A stretch of 46,505 nt of DNA from Catajapyx aquilonaris (lineage: Eukaryota): positions 1-46,505 of the forward strand of contig JYFJ02003084.1 in assembly GCA_000934665.2 (NCBI GenBank), written 5' to 3'. Positions 10,901 through 23,200 of the stretch are shown piece after piece. Under the pieces are notes generated by a model, which did not search any database, was not told the DNA's origin, and was given only the letters and a program-made list of their open reading frames with translations. How positions within the stretch are numbered: the stretch's first letter is position 1; the number at the start of each line of letters is the position of its first letter. The position numbers and the translations under genes are program-made.

Positions 10901-11880
10901 CGCCGTTGTAAAATACATCATGCTGTAGTTAGAATAATGGATGGTACAGTGCCAATCGAGATGTCCAGGTGCGTCATTGCAGTTATTTTATTGTACTGTT
11001 GTCGGAATTGACGTGGCGGAAACTAATGCCAGGTTTCTTCAATCTTTTATACTATTTAGAGCCATGGTAAAGAAAAAAAACACGCAGTTAAATCTAAATG
11101 TCAGAAAAATTATAGAAGTCGATTATCCTGGAAGAGAGATGACCCAAGCGCTTCTCTCGTCGTGCTGTGTTGCGGGCATGCAGGGGTAGCCTTTCTAAAT
11201 GTATGAAACAAGTGGTGCATGACATAAAATTGACGATAATAATAATAATATTTAGATCGTCTTGTTAGTAGTCACTCACGTGACACACGAGAAGTCATGA
11301 GCTCAGTAGCCTACATAATATGAAGTTTCATTTTTTCATTAACTAGAGTCTGCCATAAACAGTTGTATTAAATGTACACAATTTGTACAGTATTTATTTC
11401 ACGAATAAGTGCAGTACGGTATAATTATACATTGCAACATACAAGGTATTGTATAAAATTTAATATAAAACATTATGTTCAGTGACTATGCTGGTAGTGA
11501 GTGCTTAAAAAAAATGGAGGTCTAGATGGCCTTGGCAGAAAGGAGGAGCAATGCACGTCTGACCGAAGTGATAGGCGGAATAATGCAGTTTAGCTAACAT
11601 ATTTTTATATTCATTACAGAAGAATACTGAAATGGGAGAAATATTTTACCGGCGCGGCGTTAGAATAACTGCGTTAAGTTATTATTGTATTACACGCAAC
11701 ACGCTGAATATTACCATACGTCGTAATGTTTCATTACTATCTACTGTGGCACATGTATAAAAAATAAATATCTGAGCAAGAAATTTATTAATGTGACATA
11801 TGGCATATTGGTAAAGCATAATAGTGTAAAAGGCAACTGCATACAATTTTTGGATTTTGAAAAGTGTCAGATGCCACATG

Positions 11881-11969
11881 ATAATTGAATGCTCGCCCGG
11901 AAAAACGTTGCATGTCACATAACATGGTGTTGGCGCTTGCAACGTTTTTCCAGGCGAGCATTCAATTAT
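11881..11969. repeat. 89-bp hairpin with 32-bp arms
   Basis: ATAATTGAATGCTCGCCCGGAAAAACGTTGCA versus TGCAACGTTTTTCCAGGCGAGCATTCAATTAT, one mismatch. Confidence 0.9.
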
Positions 11970-13237
11970 GGAGAATATTTGCGAGATTTCCGGAAATGCT
12001 CTTTGAAGTGTACTGTTTTTGTCAAATGTTAAAACTCCATCAATTATACCTGTACAAATGCTTAGCTTTTATTGACAATAATTATAATTCATTCATCACG
12101 GGTCATGTTAATACTCGACTTAATATTACTTCTGCTGTAATAACACTTTTGACTCATTTCGGAGTTATTAATATCACAAAGGCTGTATTACAATCATGCT
12201 ACAATTTAACACATCTTGCAGGTTAACTATGTGGTCCTTAACAAGTTACAATAAAGGCCTACCGTATACTCTGTGAGGTCCAATTAACTTCATCACAGCT
12301 GTCATTGCTTAACCAAGTCCAATAACAATGGTAACAATAGTGTTGTAATATTAGTACCTCATACAAATCGGAGTATATACAGTAGTTTATTACGTAACGG
12401 ACTACAAAAAATCCGAACATCGACACATATCACATAAGAGGAAAAGTTGTTTTCTGTTGTGCAATGTCCTCTCATATACTTGTAGCTTTTGTTCCAAGTT
12501 TTATAAGCACCTTTAATATAATAATATTATCTTCTGAGGCCTTATACGTGCAGACTTGAAAACCACATAACGGAAATGACATTGCAGCAATATTGCCGTC
12601 CAGGCTATAGCGCATAAATAATTAACGAGTATGCTTACGTAGTCTTACGATAGTGATCAGTCAACTCAATACAGGCGGAAGGCATTTTATTGAACATCAA
12701 TGTACTGTACGTTGCTGTGTTTGTGCAGTCATTTCTGTGGTTGTGGTAGCAACTCTCATGCTGAATCAACGCTTTTTTGAATGTGGTTTATCACACCAAG
12801 TCTGGCTTTCTCATAAACACGTTCATGCTGTACTGAATGTAACAAAAATAAATACCATACAGAAATTCAAACGAGCTTTCAAAATACCATGATAAATCTC
12901 CGCTTTGCAAAAAAAAATTAGTAATAATATGCAGCACAAAACAATGCTTTCAAAATGATTGTCATGCACTACAATAATTTTAGTCCGATTTGGTCAATAA
13001 CTGATTAATTCTTACCTAAGTCCGACGGACTTAACGAGGCTTTTAGTGAAGACGGATTTTTCAGGTATATGAATATCATTCTATACATATTATTCATCTT
13101 TTGCAAAGAATTGTCTTCAGTTTTATTAGTCTAAATAGCGAAAAATGCTATTTCCGTCGGGTCATTCGTATGGTCAAGTAATATGTATAATATTCCGCAC
13201 AATTTTGCACGATGCTGAATGCGCTGAGAAGAACCTG

Positions 13238-16200
13238 CTAGTTGTCTTCAGGAAATTTTAATCGTGGTGCTTCGACGAGTTTCTGTGGTCCAACTGTGGT
13301 CACCCCATCCCCACCTGGAGCGTAATTTGAATGTTCGATGCCAAACGACGATATGATGATGTTGAGGAGTGAAGTGATGAACACTAGCAGGAGGATGACG
13401 TCGTTAATTATGCTTGCTGCTCCTTGGTTTTTTTCTTTGTTGATATTTAAGCCTCCGATCACTATGTAAAGGATTCCGACCACAACCTGTCACATATAAA
13501 AATTGCTTGATATGAACTGGAGGAATACTTCATGACGCTGAAGGTACAGTTGCATCTTTACAAATGAATGAAATGAAATATCATTGTTGTCGGCACACCA
13601 TACGGTATTATTAGGCTACGTGTTTTTATTAGTCCCATATACAGCATGTCGTTAGTTCATCAATTATATTGTATTTTGTAGCACAGTTGCACACCGAATC
13701 ATATCACAGCCATATTTGAAATGAGATCGCAGGCAAAAAGTCATGTTTAAAAGGCATTCGAAACTTACCTAAGTATACGCATGAGTGTTTTTTTTTTTTT
13801 TGCTTCTTGCCACAGTCGCCTAAACTGCAGAAATGTTGAGCTATTACTATCCATTTATTTGGAAAATTTTGTATTGCACTATACTATAAAGCATGTGGGT
13901 AAATTACGAGATATTCTTCGCAGTAACTGCAAGCCAATGAAATTGTTTATTGACAACTTCTATGTTCTATCCCAAATCGTTTAATATCAGTGACGTATGG
14001 GTTGATAAGCTTTATAAGTGTAGAAGCTTGTCTCGCATTTTTCTTTGTAATTATCCCTGACCAAATAATATTTTATTTCTCAAAATCAAGAATATGATAC
14101 GTCACTCTTTGGGAGTTATGGCAGTTTCAAATGGTATTTAAAAAGTAGTTGATTGCACCTTGATTGCACGTGGTGTAGCCTACTAGATAATTTTAGTTTT
14201 TCTATTATATTGCAGTAAAAGTAAGACAGGTTATTTGGGCAAGTCATTTATTTGTGCTCTCATTTCTACTGAAGCTTTCTTCTGGCCTAATATTTTAAAC
14301 TGAAAACAAAATAAATTCTTGCTGCCCATAATGAACAATTTAGACGTGTCATCTACTTCCAAGGTTAGTTAACGCGTATATGTGTACTGAAACCATACAA
14401 ACATGACACATAGAGCCCAAGAAAACGAAAGCAGGAGCATGTCTGCACTATATGCTTTCTTGGATGTGTCGAGTCGCATAAACCAGATGTATAGTTAATA
14501 TTTTAAAAATTCGTCTTGCGCATAAACCAAAACGTAAATAAGTGCACATCTATTATACTGTATGTCTCACAAGCACCAAACGCACCAACTAACAGTGAGC
14601 ATCAAGTCATACAGAATGTTCATAAACATCAACCGATCGAGTAATTAGCGCCAGTCCCTCCTCTCGATAGTCGAATCCCACTCAAAGACGGACTTGAAAA
14701 TGTCGACGACCATCAGTGTGAACGTCAAGATGAGAACCACGAGATTGATGATGTCCACTGCCCTCTGCTGCGCCACAGAACCCATGTTAAGCGCCACTTG
14801 CACCACGGTGAAGATGGCCAGCAACGACTGATGGGCACCCAGCAGCCAGTCACATCAAAAGTAGTCAGCATCAGCTACAATTTTTTTTTCATCCAACTTT
14901 CTTTGGGGGGGTTAGGTAGTAAGGTCCAGGTTTGGAAGGAACAGGCTGGGATTCACTCTCTAAATTATTATTATTTTTTCATTTTTTTCTCCAATTGATA
15001 TAGAACTAATATTTGTGAGTGCTCTTTCAACTATATTCTCTTAGAACCAGTTGTATCAACTCAAATGAGAAGGAAAAGCTCTAATTATATATGTATTGTG
15101 AATATCTGCATACAACCGTTCCTAATAGCGATTTCCCTGAGAATTACATTTGACTAAAAAAACTAAAATTGCATTTTTTTATAAAAAATAAATTAATCAA
15201 TGATATTGCTTAATAAATAAATTTAGATTTATTTAATCACTTTGGAAAGGAGCAGGTGCCATTTGTAGTGTAGAAATAGTGAAAACCCACTAATTGAGCA
15301 GAATTCCACTCGTGTTGTAACAGGGCATTATATGCAATGCATGTGCAAAAGATGTGGTGAGAGAAACTCGTGTGGTCATTACATCAGGGGAAGGGGCCCC
15401 CTGAGGACGGAGACAGGGTCGAATGCGCAGATGAGGATGTTGAGGACGGAAACTAGGAAGGATGCGGAGAGTCCCACGTAGTTGAAAACCAGAGCTGACG
15501 TTTGGTAGGGTATCAAGTGCAGGCGGCAGTCCCTCAGGAAGTTCAGGGTAACGCTCAGCGTGGCCATCACCACCTATTATATACACATGCATATACACAC
15601 GGTGATGTAACAACCACAGAGTTTTCCTCACGAAACACTGCTTTCCTTTACATATACATTTACACGTCTAACTTTTAATCGAACTTGTATGATTATATTG
15701 AACAGATCACAGCTTAAAAATAGATCTACGATTGACAGAAGCCAGATCGACTTGAAGTGAAGAAAGCAAAAGAGCACGCGATGGAAAGTAGGCTATGCCA
15801 TCATGCTCGTATAGGACAGGAAGGGTTATACAGTGTGGAAGGGGCAATGCCCTTTCCAGCAGAAAGTGCGGGTCGAAGATTTAAACCTGGCTGACTTTAC
15901 TACAAACAAACAAAACCGAGACCAAGATGAAACCCAGGCAAGGTGAATGTCGAGGGTTATCATTTTTATGATAAATGGTGTCAGTCATTATAATAAAATT
16001 GGTTCATGCGTGTCTTACGTGCGTTTCGTGAAACGCGGTGCATTTAGTTCATTAACGCTGCTGTTGCTGTCAAAAAATGGGGACAACAAGACTGTGGGCA
16101 TCGATTTCCGGTTGACCACGGCGGTGTCTTGTGTTTGCCTTTGAGGTAAGGTCGTCGTCTAGGCGACCTCATTTCTTATTGGCACTCATATTGCCCACCA

Positions 16201-18427
16201 TGTATGTGACCATTGATCCGAGGTGAAAATGAACGAAGGGTGTGCAGACAACAATAGAGCTCACTTCACTTCATGCGAGGTTTAAATCTGATTACGTACC
16301 ACGTTGCATTACGATCATAATCATAATGGGAGTCAATTTCATGGTATAATTTCAGCCAATATGTAGTTGACCATTAATCGCTGCAATATTTGGTAATTAT
16401 GCATGATTGAGGTAAAAAAAAGGACTGCTACACTATTTGTCATGTTGCGTAATTATGCATCAAACTTTGTGAATAACTCTATTGATATATTGTATATTAT
16501 TAATGCTCCAAAATACCAAAAATGCAATGCAGTAAAAGAGAATATTGTTAATTAATTATAATGTAGTTAGTACGTTGTTTTTTTGCTGAAGAGGAGGTGC
16601 GCCAGGTCACAGTTAAAAGAACACAAAGCAGTAGGTGGAATTAAATAACACAGAATGAGCTCTCTGAAGGACGCAAACAGTGCGAAGAACAGACAAAAAA
16701 ATGTTTAGAATAAAAGATGATAATAATAATGGGACAAACAATATATTTGTACTAGTACTGGAGCCACAGTCAAGTGTTGTAAAAGTAATTAAAATGGTCA
16801 TCCAGATTACGATGTACTAAAAATAGTCTATGGATCCTCTCCTTTATTTTGATTTCTGTTTTGCTCGATTTGAATGTATCGTTTCCATTCTGCCTACACT
16901 TGAAATATGACCCGCTTATTTTCAGAAAATGCGGTATATTCTCACAATTGATTCACAATCAATACTGGCAATAGCTTTTTGTCGATTTGGCTAACCTTTT
17001 TTCATAAATTGGATGTGATAGGCCCTTCTACAATTTTATTGTGCATTTTTCGTCAAATAGCAGTTCCCACTCATCACCAATAAGTTAATGAGTCGAATAA
17101 AAGTAATGTCCAAAAAGGATTTCATGTGAAAGAGTGAAACATTACTCGATGTAATTTAGTGGGTATACGTTAGTATACTTTAATTTAGTCGACTTTTAGT
17201 GTACGTGACATATACTCGTATAAGCAGCTAATTCACTCCACTATCTTGAGAGTAACATAAATCGATGCAAGATCCAGTGAAGATTTTGACAACCAGGTTT
17301 AAACCTCGCCTCCTTAATAAGTACTATAATGAATTTTGATAATCGAATGATGTATAGAGTATTAAAAAATAATGACAATAATCACCTGCAGTATGATGGA
17401 AATGGAGATGAGGGAGACAAGCACTGTGTAGAACTCGTGCTTCTCTCCGACCTGGAGGACATATTTGAGTTGGCTGGCGTTGGCGGTCAGCAAGGCAATG
17501 TCCAGCATGCCCTGGGCAATGGTTTTCCTCGTGGCATACCTGTTGGCGTCCAGCCCAGGTTTGCCCTGCCAGCCCCATAGGTGAAAGGGAGAACAAAAAG
17601 ACAACTTTCAGGCCCACATTGCAACAATGCTACAAATGCACGGTGCAAATTTTGTTGCGATTTTTTTCGTCCAACACATCGAATTTATTTATTTTGAAAA
17701 CGTTTGATCTATATGCAGCTGTGCTATGCAGAGAGTCAATGAGTCATCCCCGCTAAAAGGTTAGAGGTACCTGGTATCACACCATTGTCTGGTAGAATTT
17801 ACGTAACGGCCGTCTCCTAGGCGAGTGCCATCGATCAATTTCCTTGTAATATTTACCACCTGCCATTAGCTTCGACCATTTTCATAGGAATTGCTATTTG
17901 CTAGTCGATACGGATGGTACGAACCTCAAACTGTAGTACTAATATTGAAAGCATTTTTCTTATTGAACAATAACTTCTTGTGACATGCGTGATAATGTAC
18001 GGTATATATCTACAAAGCAATTAGGCTACTCCAGCAGCCACCAGAAGGGTTTTTCATTGCAGGTTTATTGTGACTTCATTACCCAAGTTCTGATACTGTA
18101 TACTACCAATGAATAGGTCATTATCAAAACCAGGATATCTCATGTTGTCAAAAGCGTGTTAATACCTGGTTACAGGAAGCAACTCGACGCTAAATTCATA
18201 TTTCAAATAATATGGAAAATTTTCACATTGGATTCACCTCCCATTGGGCAAAGTCACTTTGAGCGTGAAAAGACTTAGTTAATCTGAATTACCTGTTTTC
18301 TGAAGGATTCGTACGGATAATGAGTTAATGACTATACTCAAATAAATGTTGGGCGATTTTCAATTGAGCACAAATTGTGTTAAATACATACCACTCTTCC
18401 ATCGTCAGGAGATATTGACGTCATCAT
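13238..18427 (-). CDS. NijC: Ninjurin (NijC-like) gene: common exons plus distal terminal exon 3d
   Basis: Exon 1 18427-18392 (MMTSISPDDGRV, less certain); exon 2 17565-17386 (DANRYATRKTIAQGMLDIALLTANASQLKYVL...ISISIILQ, ninjurin signature); phase-0 splice to 13486-13238 (VVVGILYIVIGGLNINK...INDVILLLVFITSLLNIIISSFG). Confidence 0.88.
14645..14827 (-). CDS. Ninjurin alternative terminal exon 3c (absent from the ORF track)
   Basis: catcag| phase 0; SLLAIFTVVQVALNMGSVAQQRAVDIINLVVLILTFTLMVVDIFKSVFEWDSTIERRDWR*; two hydrophobic segments homologous to exon 3d. Confidence 0.8.
   Translation of the reverse strand, partial: SLLAIFTVVQVALNMGSVAQQRAVDIINLVVLILTFTLMVVDIFKSVFEWDSTIERRDWR
15379..15573 (-). 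CDS. Ninjurin alternative terminal exon 3b
   Basis: aatag| phase 0; VVMATLSVTLNFLRDCRLH...FNYVGLSASFLVSVLNILICAFD...*; minus-strand AATAAA at ~15228. Confidence 0.82.
   Translation of the reverse strand: MVMATLSVTLNFLRDCRLHLIPYQTSALVFNYVGLSASFLVSVLNILICAFDPVSVLRGPLPLM
16613..16816 (-). CDS. Candidate divergent ninjurin alternative terminal exon 3a
   Basis: ctatttttag| phase 0; YIVIWMTILITFTTLDCGSSTSTNILFVPLLLSSFILNIFLSVL...*; keeps the N-x13-N spacing of the other three exons. Confidence 0.55.
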   Translation of the reverse strand, partial: YIVIWMTILITFTTLDCGSSTSTNILFVPLLLSSFILNIFLSVLRTVCVLQRAHSVLFNSTYCFVFF

Positions 18428-20265
18428 GAGGCGTCACCACTACCACCAACTCCAGGTATAATATCCTAGTCCTCTGGACGGAGTCCCCAAGCTCACTGTA
18501 GTATATGCCCCGCTGCTTCCAACTGCACAGCCCAGTGGCCCAGTTGTGGGCGGGGGGGCCCCTCTACTCTTGGATCGGCAGTCACGCAATAATCATCGAT
18601 CCTTAAAAAGACCTCGCTTTCACTCACTCACTGCTATGCTACAGTACCTGCATTAAAATTGCGACATGGAAGTCCCAACAACCGGCTCCTAGGAAAATTT
18701 TTGTACGTATCTCAGTCTGCCCTGTTGGTCGATCTGTTGTATAGAAAAGGTCGATCTTCCTCTACAGGCATGAATCATGGCATTGACTGCCTAATGCGGC
18801 CTCCAACACCGACGGTAGCCATGTTAAGGCCACCTTTAACACGGTCTACTGGCCATGCGGTTTATGGGTACTATTGTTCTTCATACAGCCTGGCCTTTCT
18901 CTCCTCCGTTTTTTGCTTCTTTATTTTTACGACAGTCTGATTCGAGAGGTGGGATCTTTCGAGGTCGACAGGAATCATATCCTTCACAATTATTATGACT
19001 TGTTTTTGTTTTTATTTAAAGTGACAGGTGTGGTTGGTGACAGCGACAAGTGTAAGCTCAGTTCACAATAATTCATTTCCTGAAAGTAACTTTCTATAGT
19101 AGTCATTAAAGCCATCAACCAATAGACTACCAGTCTACCAACAGCAGAGTCGCGAATTTTATTTATTTATTGTCCAGGTGCAATAAACAACAACAACAAC
19201 AACAATATACAACATTAAACTGTACCGTGCACACTACTGTCCATCATATACCGGTATATAATTGGCTAGGCGTGACTTTGTCCCTTTACTATAGGTGAAG
19301 GTGACTCATCACCTGTGCTGGGCAGTGTCGCTTACGTTAGTTGAAGCAGAAAGAATTGTACCAAGGTAAGTTATTGCAATATTCTTTGTGATGATTGGTA
19401 CACCATGGTAACATATCCGAACTTCCATTGTAAGACGCCGCATATTATTACAATGCTGCACGGTAGTACCTATGCACTGTGCAACGCGCTGTTGAAGTGC
19501 CAAACGCAATGACACAGGCTAGCTCTGTTGTGGCCGGAGTTCTCACCAGAGATGTCATGGTGGGTCAAATAATTTCCATTATTTTTAATTAATTTCCTTA
19601 GTTCATAACCCACCATGTTTTTCATCCCTTTCCTCCAGATGGCAGCACCACCTCCGCATGAACCGTAAACTCCGATACGGTAGATCTTTCTCCCGAGCTT
19701 CCCCAAGAGACGTCCAGTGGGCAGCATCTCCCGGGGCATCTCTCCTCCCCACATTGCGATATTATATATCCTTCTTCGCCAACCTCTCTCGGGTTTCCTC
19801 TTCCTCCACCACTTGCTGGACACAATTAAATGCACTGAATCATCGGTCCAGACGGGAACGATGAAGCTGGACAGACGCCCCTGAAAAGCGACCCCACACA
19901 CACGTGAGTTCATGGGAAAAAAAAAAAGTGTTGCACAAACTGGTTAGGCCTAATAGGATGGAGTCAAAAATTACAAGTCATTATTAGTCATTATAGTCAT
20001 TAGGAGAACAGACGTGTGCTGGAGCACCCTGCAGACTCAAGGGCTGGTAAGCACACCTGCACATTAATTGGCGTGGCAATCAGGTAACTGGCATTAGTAC
20101 GACCTCTTGGTACGACGTATGACAGCAATGCCGGGGCATAATTAGACACTTTCACTAATTGGAGTACTTATACGGCATGCTTATAAGCACTGCTAAGTGG
20201 CCGTTATCGGGGAAGAAAGCAAGTGATTTAATCACCATCTGACTGTCCTGTTTCCAGGTAGCGAC

Positions 20266-23200
20266 ATGTACAGCTTTGAGGGAGAGTTCCGCACGCGTCC
20301 GCACCAGAACCTGGGAGGACTGCGGTCTCGCCCTGAGCGGGAGAAACTTCTTCGGCATGCCCACGAGGAGCGGCAGAAGCGACAGACTGAGCGTAGGCGG
20401 TTGGCGGCCACCACACATCTGCAGGCGTTTGCGAGGGGATGCCTGCAGAGGACCAACTTGCGGTCCAACCTGCATATGCAGTTTGATTCCGCTATGGCCT
20501 CTCCTCAGAGCGAGATTGATGCCAGCTCCTTTCTTAGCCAGCAGATGTGCCGCCTTCTGTTCCTGTATCGTGGGGAGGAGGATGCAGGGAGGCTGATGGC
20601 TTTGTCCAAACAGATTCTGAAGCAGAGGGACAAGGTGGTGGCGGAGACTGCGGCGGAGGTTGTGTCTGGAGTGAGAGTAGGGGGCGGGTGGATACACAGG
20701 CTGCGGAGGCTCCTCTGGCGTCACCTGCAACTTTTAGTCCACCTGTCCAAGGAGGCGCAACCGGGAGACTCGCCGGCTATCTCGCTAAGGATATGGGAAG
20801 TCTTCGGCATGCCCAAAACCTGGGTGGAGGTGGTCGACGAGGCAAAAGCTACTGCGCTCTTGGTCAACGTGTACACCTTCATTATTTTTAGAGGTATGTG
20901 GAATTGCAGGGCTGTGAGAAGAATGTGGGTATTGTTCTTCCTGCAGGAAAATAATCTGGAACATTCGACGTGGCAAATTGTTGCAACCGATAGTGTGGGT
21001 TGACAATGGGAGTTAATGTTGAGGTCACAAGCTGAAAGAAAAGTTACTATTTTTCCAAAACATTTCATCCAGAAAATATAAATCCTCTGTTCATAGATCG
21101 ACCTTTTGTTTTGGACAGCATGTTTTGGCCAGATCACTTGCATATCACATGAGAATTTTGAGTCTAAGTTTGATTTTGGACGAAAATTTTGATGGAGTAT
21201 CATTTTGATGACAGTACCAAGGACAAAATGTCGTTTAAATATTGTTTGATGTGGTTTTGGCTCATTGTCAGTGGTACAACACCACAATTACTAGTGCAAT
21301 CATGCATTAATTTCAGTTCATGTGCAAAGGATTTGAATAGAGGACTTGTTGATATTTGTTTCGCTTTCAAGGTCTAATGTTGGTTAAATGTTGTTGCAGG
21401 CTACTTTCACGACATACGTTTCTTGCTGGAAGCAAAGGTTCCTCCGATGTTGGAAAAATCTCCGAGGCCGCCAACTCCCCTTTCAGCCAGCATCCTCGCC
21501 ATGTTGTTTCAGCCCCTAGACCTGTTCAGAGCATCCAGTGACCAAAACTTCCAGTGAGTTTCTCAATTTGTTATTGTATTGAATCACAGCTAAGTGTCTG
21601 TCCCTGAGTGCGTTGTTGTAAACTACACCTCTTCATTTTACAGAAAACTTGTGTCAAGAAATCTTTGCGCCGCTTTACTCGCCCCTCGTCCTTCTGAGAC
21701 AGTGAGCAACCTGGTGATCCCTGCTCTCTGTAACTGGCCGCAGCTTCCCTTCTACCTGCTGGTGGACACTCTAGCCGGTGACCCTCCCCCCACGGATACC
21801 TCCTGCTCTCCTTGGCTTCTACGTTCCCTGCTGCAGCTGGCCCAACTTCATCTTGACACTCCGCATGCCTCCAGCTTTCTTCGGGTCTTGGTGCACACGC
21901 TGGACTCCATACCACCTCCACTGCCTTCTTCTGGCTCGGCAGGTGACCAAGGAACAGATAGTGACTCGGAGGATGAGGAGGAACCTTCCCTCACTGAGGG
22001 CATTTCCCGCGAAGAAAAGCAGTGTCTGGATGAGGGCATGGAGCTTTTGAATGACCCCCGCATGGTTACAGCACTGATGACCTGGCTTGATCAACTGGAT
22101 GGGAACTGGTCACTTGAAGCAGTGTGCCGCCTCTGCCACGTGCTTCTGTTGTCGGACCGCCTTGCAGCCCACCGCTTCCCACTCTTATACACCCTGGCTT
22201 TCCGGCCCCACTTTCTCCATCGGCTGTGGGCAGCTATGGCGGGCATAGGAGCTCCCAGGCTTCTACAGGCTGTGGCAGAAGGTGTCCATCTTTCACATGC
22301 CCAACAAGAGAGGCTCCTTCCGCCCCTGGCCACCTTCTGCTCGCTGTTTAGCTACCTGCTGGTGACACTCCATGACTCGGAGTTTTACGGCGAGGAAGCA
22401 GCAACAGCCATGCCCTTCACCCTTGCGGAGCTGCCTGGGGTGTGCAGGCAGCTGCGTGACGTTTGCTTAGGATTAGTGGACCTGGCATTTCCCGACCAGC
22501 GTCCAGCATACAGGGAAGCAACAGGGTTGCTGGAAGAGAGCAGCGTGCGCAGGCAGTGGGTCACGTCCTCTCAGGTGTGGAGCCACCTGCTGAGGTCCTG
22601 CGTGGGACTCTTGGCCCAGCTGCATGCCAGGGACGCCAGAAGGCCATTCTGCCCAGAAGGACACTGGATATCCTCGAAAGTGTCCCTGCCCTTTGACCGA
22701 CCCACAGACCTCAGCTGCCAGAGGCAGCGGTTCAGAGGATATCGGCCCTTTCATCTCTACCACATCACCAGGCAGCAATTGGGTAAGTCTTACCAGTGTG
22801 TAATGATGTATTACATGGGCAGCCTAAGAGGAATGCGATTGCAAGTCCAGGTCATGTACATACATTTTGAAACAACTACGTACTCGACGAAATACGTTCC
22901 TAATCTCTTTCAGAGCAAGATGGTCCTCCCCCTTCAATCCGTGAGGTGCGTCTGATGACTGTTCTGCGTGAGATCCCCTTTGTGGTTCCATTTGCGGAGC
23001 GGGTGGAGGTTCTCCAGCAGCTTGTTCTTCGTGACCGTGCTCAGCAGCAGGGTGGAGAAGCCGCGGCATTCCTTCAGGGCCCTTCCATTCAGATTCTGGT
23101 GCGTCGTTCCTATCTGTATGAGGATGCGTTTGACAAGCTGAGCCCGGAGAATGAGCCCAACCTGAAGTTGAAGATGCGGGTGCAGTTAGTGAATGCAGCT

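Noticed and set aside
10597..11011. 95-115 aa ORFs upstream of the micropeptide
   Set aside because: Their frames do not match the phase-1 acceptor at 10509; only the ATG at 10652 does
16440..16560. Fifth ninjurin-like exon (INNILFYCIAFLVFWSINN)
   Set aside because: In-frame stop immediately upstream, no suitable acceptor and wrong N-N spacing
18428..18601. Longer coding N-terminus for ninjurin
   Set aside because: All three minus-strand frames contain stops; treated as 5' UTR
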